A DNA stretch of 36,468 bases from Bacillota bacterium. GTDB lineage: Bacteria; Bacillota; Clostridia; Peptostreptococcales; Anaerovoracaceae. Made by a program: the position numbers and the translations under genes. Location of the stretch: positions 1 to 36,468 of the forward strand of contig JAUNQK010000004.1 in NCBI GenBank assembly GCA_030536235.1, written 5' to 3'. The notes below the pieces were generated by a model. The model searched no databases. It saw nothing but the letters and a program-made list of their open reading frames with translations, and was not told the DNA's origin. Of the stretch, positions 34,599-36,468 are shown in pieces; positions within the stretch are counted from its first letter, which is position 1, and every line of letters starts with the position of its first letter.

Positions 34599-34952
34599 AT
34601 GTTTTTTATGAATGGCGAGCACAAGCATGAAATTAAATCAGACCTTAAAGGTGGTTTTGGTGATCTTGATTTCAAATATATTGTTCCAACCGATATGATG
34701 TATGGTGCTGGAAACTTCTATGCTGAAGTTACCTTTAAACCTGGCCAGTCAATCGGGCTGCACGACCATGTAGACAACTTCGAAATCTACTATGTTCTTA
34801 AGGGCGAAGCTACAGTTGTCGATGGCAATGAAGAACGTGTGTTAAAGCCGGGAGAATCAGAAATTTGTGCCAATGGTGAGTTCCACTCAATAGCTAATAA
34901 ATCTAATGAAGATACAGTTATTTTGGCAATAATTCTTAACAAAGCTAAGTAG
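34599..34952 (+). CDS. cupin domain protein
   Basis: 117 aa with the cupin pattern G.SIGLHDHVDNFEIYYVLKG...L.PGE......GE.HSI. SD AGGAGGAA. Confidence 0.7.
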   Translation: MFFMNGEHKHEIKSDLKGGFGDLDFKYIVPTDMMYGAGNFYAEVTFKPGQSIGLHDHVDNFEIYYVLKGEATVVDGNEERVLKPGESEICANGEFHSIANKSNEDTVILAIILNKAK

Positions 34953-35020
34953 ATTGCTTCGCTTCGCTCGCAATGACACACATCATAGTCATTGCGAGGG
35001 CCGTCAGGCCCGTGGCAATC
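34952..35020. repeat. second complete palindromic repeat unit ([16 protein letters not shown]-type)
   Basis: Left arm GATTGCTTCGCTTCGCTCGCAATGACA (34952-78) and right arm GTCATTGCGAGGGCCGTCAGGCCCGTGGCAATC (34988-35020). The left arm matches 26/27 with 2374-2400. Confidence 0.85.
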
Positions 35021-35026
35021 TAGTTG

Positions 35027-35053
35027 GATTGCTTCGCTTCGCTCGCAATGACA
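35027..35053. repeat. solo left arm of the same repeat family
   Basis: GATTGCTTCGCTTCGCTCGCAATGACA is identical 27/27 to 34952-34978. No inverted partner follows it. Confidence 0.85.
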
Positions 35054-35070
35054 AAATGAATTAAATCTAA

Positions 35071-35096
35071 AAATAGCCCCAAAAGGGCTATTTTTT
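35071..35096 (+). terminator. intrinsic terminator downstream of the cupin gene and repeats
   Basis: AAATAGCCC / GGGCTATTT stem with CAAAA loop, followed by a T-run. Confidence 0.7.
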
Positions 35097-35168
35097 ATGT
35101 TAAAATTAAGTGTTTGTACAATATATATGGGGGCTGTGGTATGGCACCCCAAGAAAGGAAGAAATAAA

Positions 35169-36468
35169 ATGTCAGAAGACAACAAGTACACTTTCGAGAA
35201 CGAGGAATATCGCCAGACGTATTGGCATACTTGTTCACATGTAATGGCTCAAGCCATTAAAAGATTATGGCCAGAAGTAAAGCTGGCAATTGGTCCATCT
35301 ATTAAAGAAGGATGGTACTATGATATGCTTGCTCCATTTGCATTTACACCTGAGCATATGGAAAAAATCGAAGCAGAGATGAAAAAAATCTGCAAGGAAG
35401 GAATTAAACTTGAACGTTTTGAACTTCCAAGAGAAGAAGCTATTAAATTTATGCAAGATAAAGATGAGCCATTTAAGGTAGAACTTATTCAAGACCTGCC
35501 AGAAGATGCAACCATCTCTTTCTATAAGCAGGGTGAATTCACAGATCTTTGTGCTGGCCCTCACCTTGATTCAACAAGCAGAATTAAAGGTAATGCAATT
35601 AAACTCTTAACATGCAATGCGGCATATTGGAGAGGAGATTCAAATCGTGAAACTCTGCAAAGAATTTACGGTATTGCATTCCCTAAGAAAGAAGAACTCG
35701 ATGCTTATCTTGAAAGAATTGAAGAAGCAAAGAGAAGAGACCACAGAAAGTTAGGTAAAGAATTAGGCTTATTCGCATTTAGAGATGAAGCACCAGGATT
35801 CCCATTCTACCTTCCAAACGGAATGGTTCTTCAAAACACATTATTAGATTATTGGCATCAGGTTCATAAGAAGTGGGATTATCTCGAAATTTCTACTCCA
35901 CAAATTATGAAGAGAACTTTATGGGAGACTTCAGGACACTGGGATCACTATAAAGAAAATATGTACACAACAGTAATCGATGATGAAGATTATGCTATTA
36001 AGCCAATGAACTGCCCTGGTTCAATTCTTGTTTACTCACTTGAACCACACAGCTATAAAGATCTTCCATTAAGATATGGTGAACTTGGTCATGTACATAG
36101 ACATGAACTTAGCGGTGCTCTTCACGGAATGTTTAGAGTAAGATGCTTCACACAAGATGATGCTCACATTCTTCTTGCAAAAGAACAGATTCAAAACGAA
36201 GTAGTAAGAATCACAAAACTTATTGACGAAGTTTATAGTGTATTCGGGCTTCCATATAAGATTTTACTTTCAACAATGCCAGAAGATCATATCGGCACAC
36301 GTGCTGATTGGGAAAAGGCTGAAAACGCATTAGCAGATGCAATCACATCAATCGGTAAGACATATGAAGTTAACCCTGGTGATGGTGCATTCTACGGCCC
36401 TAAGCTCGACTTCGAAATCGAAGATTGCCTTGGTCGTAAATGGCAGTGCGGTACTATCCAGCTCGACT
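35169..36468 (+). CDS. thrS: threonine--tRNA ligase, 5' part (runs off the window end); no N-terminal TGS domain
   Basis: My translation from ATG 35169 (SD AAAGGAAG) is open to the window end and is not in the ORF track for that reason. It reads [18 protein letters not shown] (editing-domain His/Cys motif), [21 protein letters not shown] and class II motifs ([30 protein letters not shown]). Confidence 0.9.
   Translation, partial: MSEDNKYTFENEEYRQTYWHTCSHVMAQAIKRLWPEVKLAIGPSIKEGWYYDMLAPFAFTPEHMEKIEAEMKKICKEGIKLERFELPREEAIKFMQDKDEPFKVELIQDLPEDATISFYKQGEFTDLCAGPHLDSTSRIKGNAIKLLTCNAAYWRGDSNRETLQRIYGIAFPKKEELDAYLERIEEAKRRDHRKLGKELGLFAFRDEAPGFPFYLPNGMVLQNTLLDYWHQVHKKWDYLEISTPQIMKRTLWETSGHWDHYKENMYTTVIDDEDYAIKPMNCPGSILVYSLEPHSYKDLPLRYGELGHVHRHELSGALHGMFRVRCFTQDDAHILLAKEQIQNEVVRITKLIDEVYSVFGLPYKILLSTMPEDHIGTRADWEKAENALADAITSIGKTYEVNPGDGAFYGPKLDFEIEDCLGRKWQCGTIQLD

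Noticed and set aside
35054-35168. T-box or other leader RNA in front of thrS, including the GGGGGCTGTGGTATGGCACCCC segment
   Set aside because: The region is too short (about 70 nt after the terminator). There is no T-box consensus and no specifier-loop architecture. The G/C segment forms at best a weak 4-bp hairpin.
34790-35191. 133-aa minus-strand ORF (contains CHCERSEAI twice) and the similar 2199-2441 minus ORF (VIASAAKQSI)
   Set aside because: Both are read-through translations of the palindromic repeats plus the antisense strand of neighbouring genes. This is a classic spurious call.
1-36468. Search for tRNA/rRNA genes, CRISPR arrays, IS elements, integrases, phage genes and toxin-antitoxin or defence cassettes
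   Set aside because: I saw no cloverleaf-like or rRNA-like segments and no regularly spaced direct repeats. No transposase or integrase motifs appear in any of the six frames provided. Composition looks uniform, so there is no evidence of a horizontally acquired island.

Overview
AT-rich, Firmicutes/Clostridia-like chromosomal segment with about 33 tightly packed protein genes. I saw no rRNA, tRNA, CRISPR array, transposase or integrase. Left to right: a phosphodiester glycosidase plus a coupled unknown membrane protein; a pyrimidine salvage locus (DUF523/TudS-like, pyrR, upp, PyrR attenuator, uracil permease); Nudix plus a sugar-type ABC importer; a lipoprotein; a long co-directional string (LtaS-like sulfatase-family enzyme, GT2-GtrA fusion, PAP2, YbaK-like, surE, rnmV, malQ, murI, LUD protein); MATE / 5'-nucleotidase / MATE; two tandem CNNM/CorC proteins; DUF2130; an MBOAT + DHHW pair; a convergent large GTPase gene; an FMN-dependent alpha-hydroxy-acid oxidoreductase-like gene plus a cupin; and the 5' part of thrS. 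The strongest candidate for something undescribed is the minus-strand gene 30996-33533. It is one ORF fusing a full-length TetM/EF-G-like translational GTPase to a C-terminal YacP/Rae1-type NYN endoribonuclease domain, which suggests GTPase-delivered, ribosome-dependent mRNA cleavage. Second is a ~170-nt GC-enriched intergenic element (20291-20463), closed by a 14-bp helix just upstream of an SD-less MATE gene, which I could not assign to any RNA class by eye. Other observations: a palindromic repeat family ([16 protein letters not shown] type) at two loci, four genes whose ATG sits 6-9 nt after a -10 box with no Shine-Dalgarno (possibly leaderless), and several envelope-modification gene sets. 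All calls come from reading the sequence and remembered family motifs; no searches were run.
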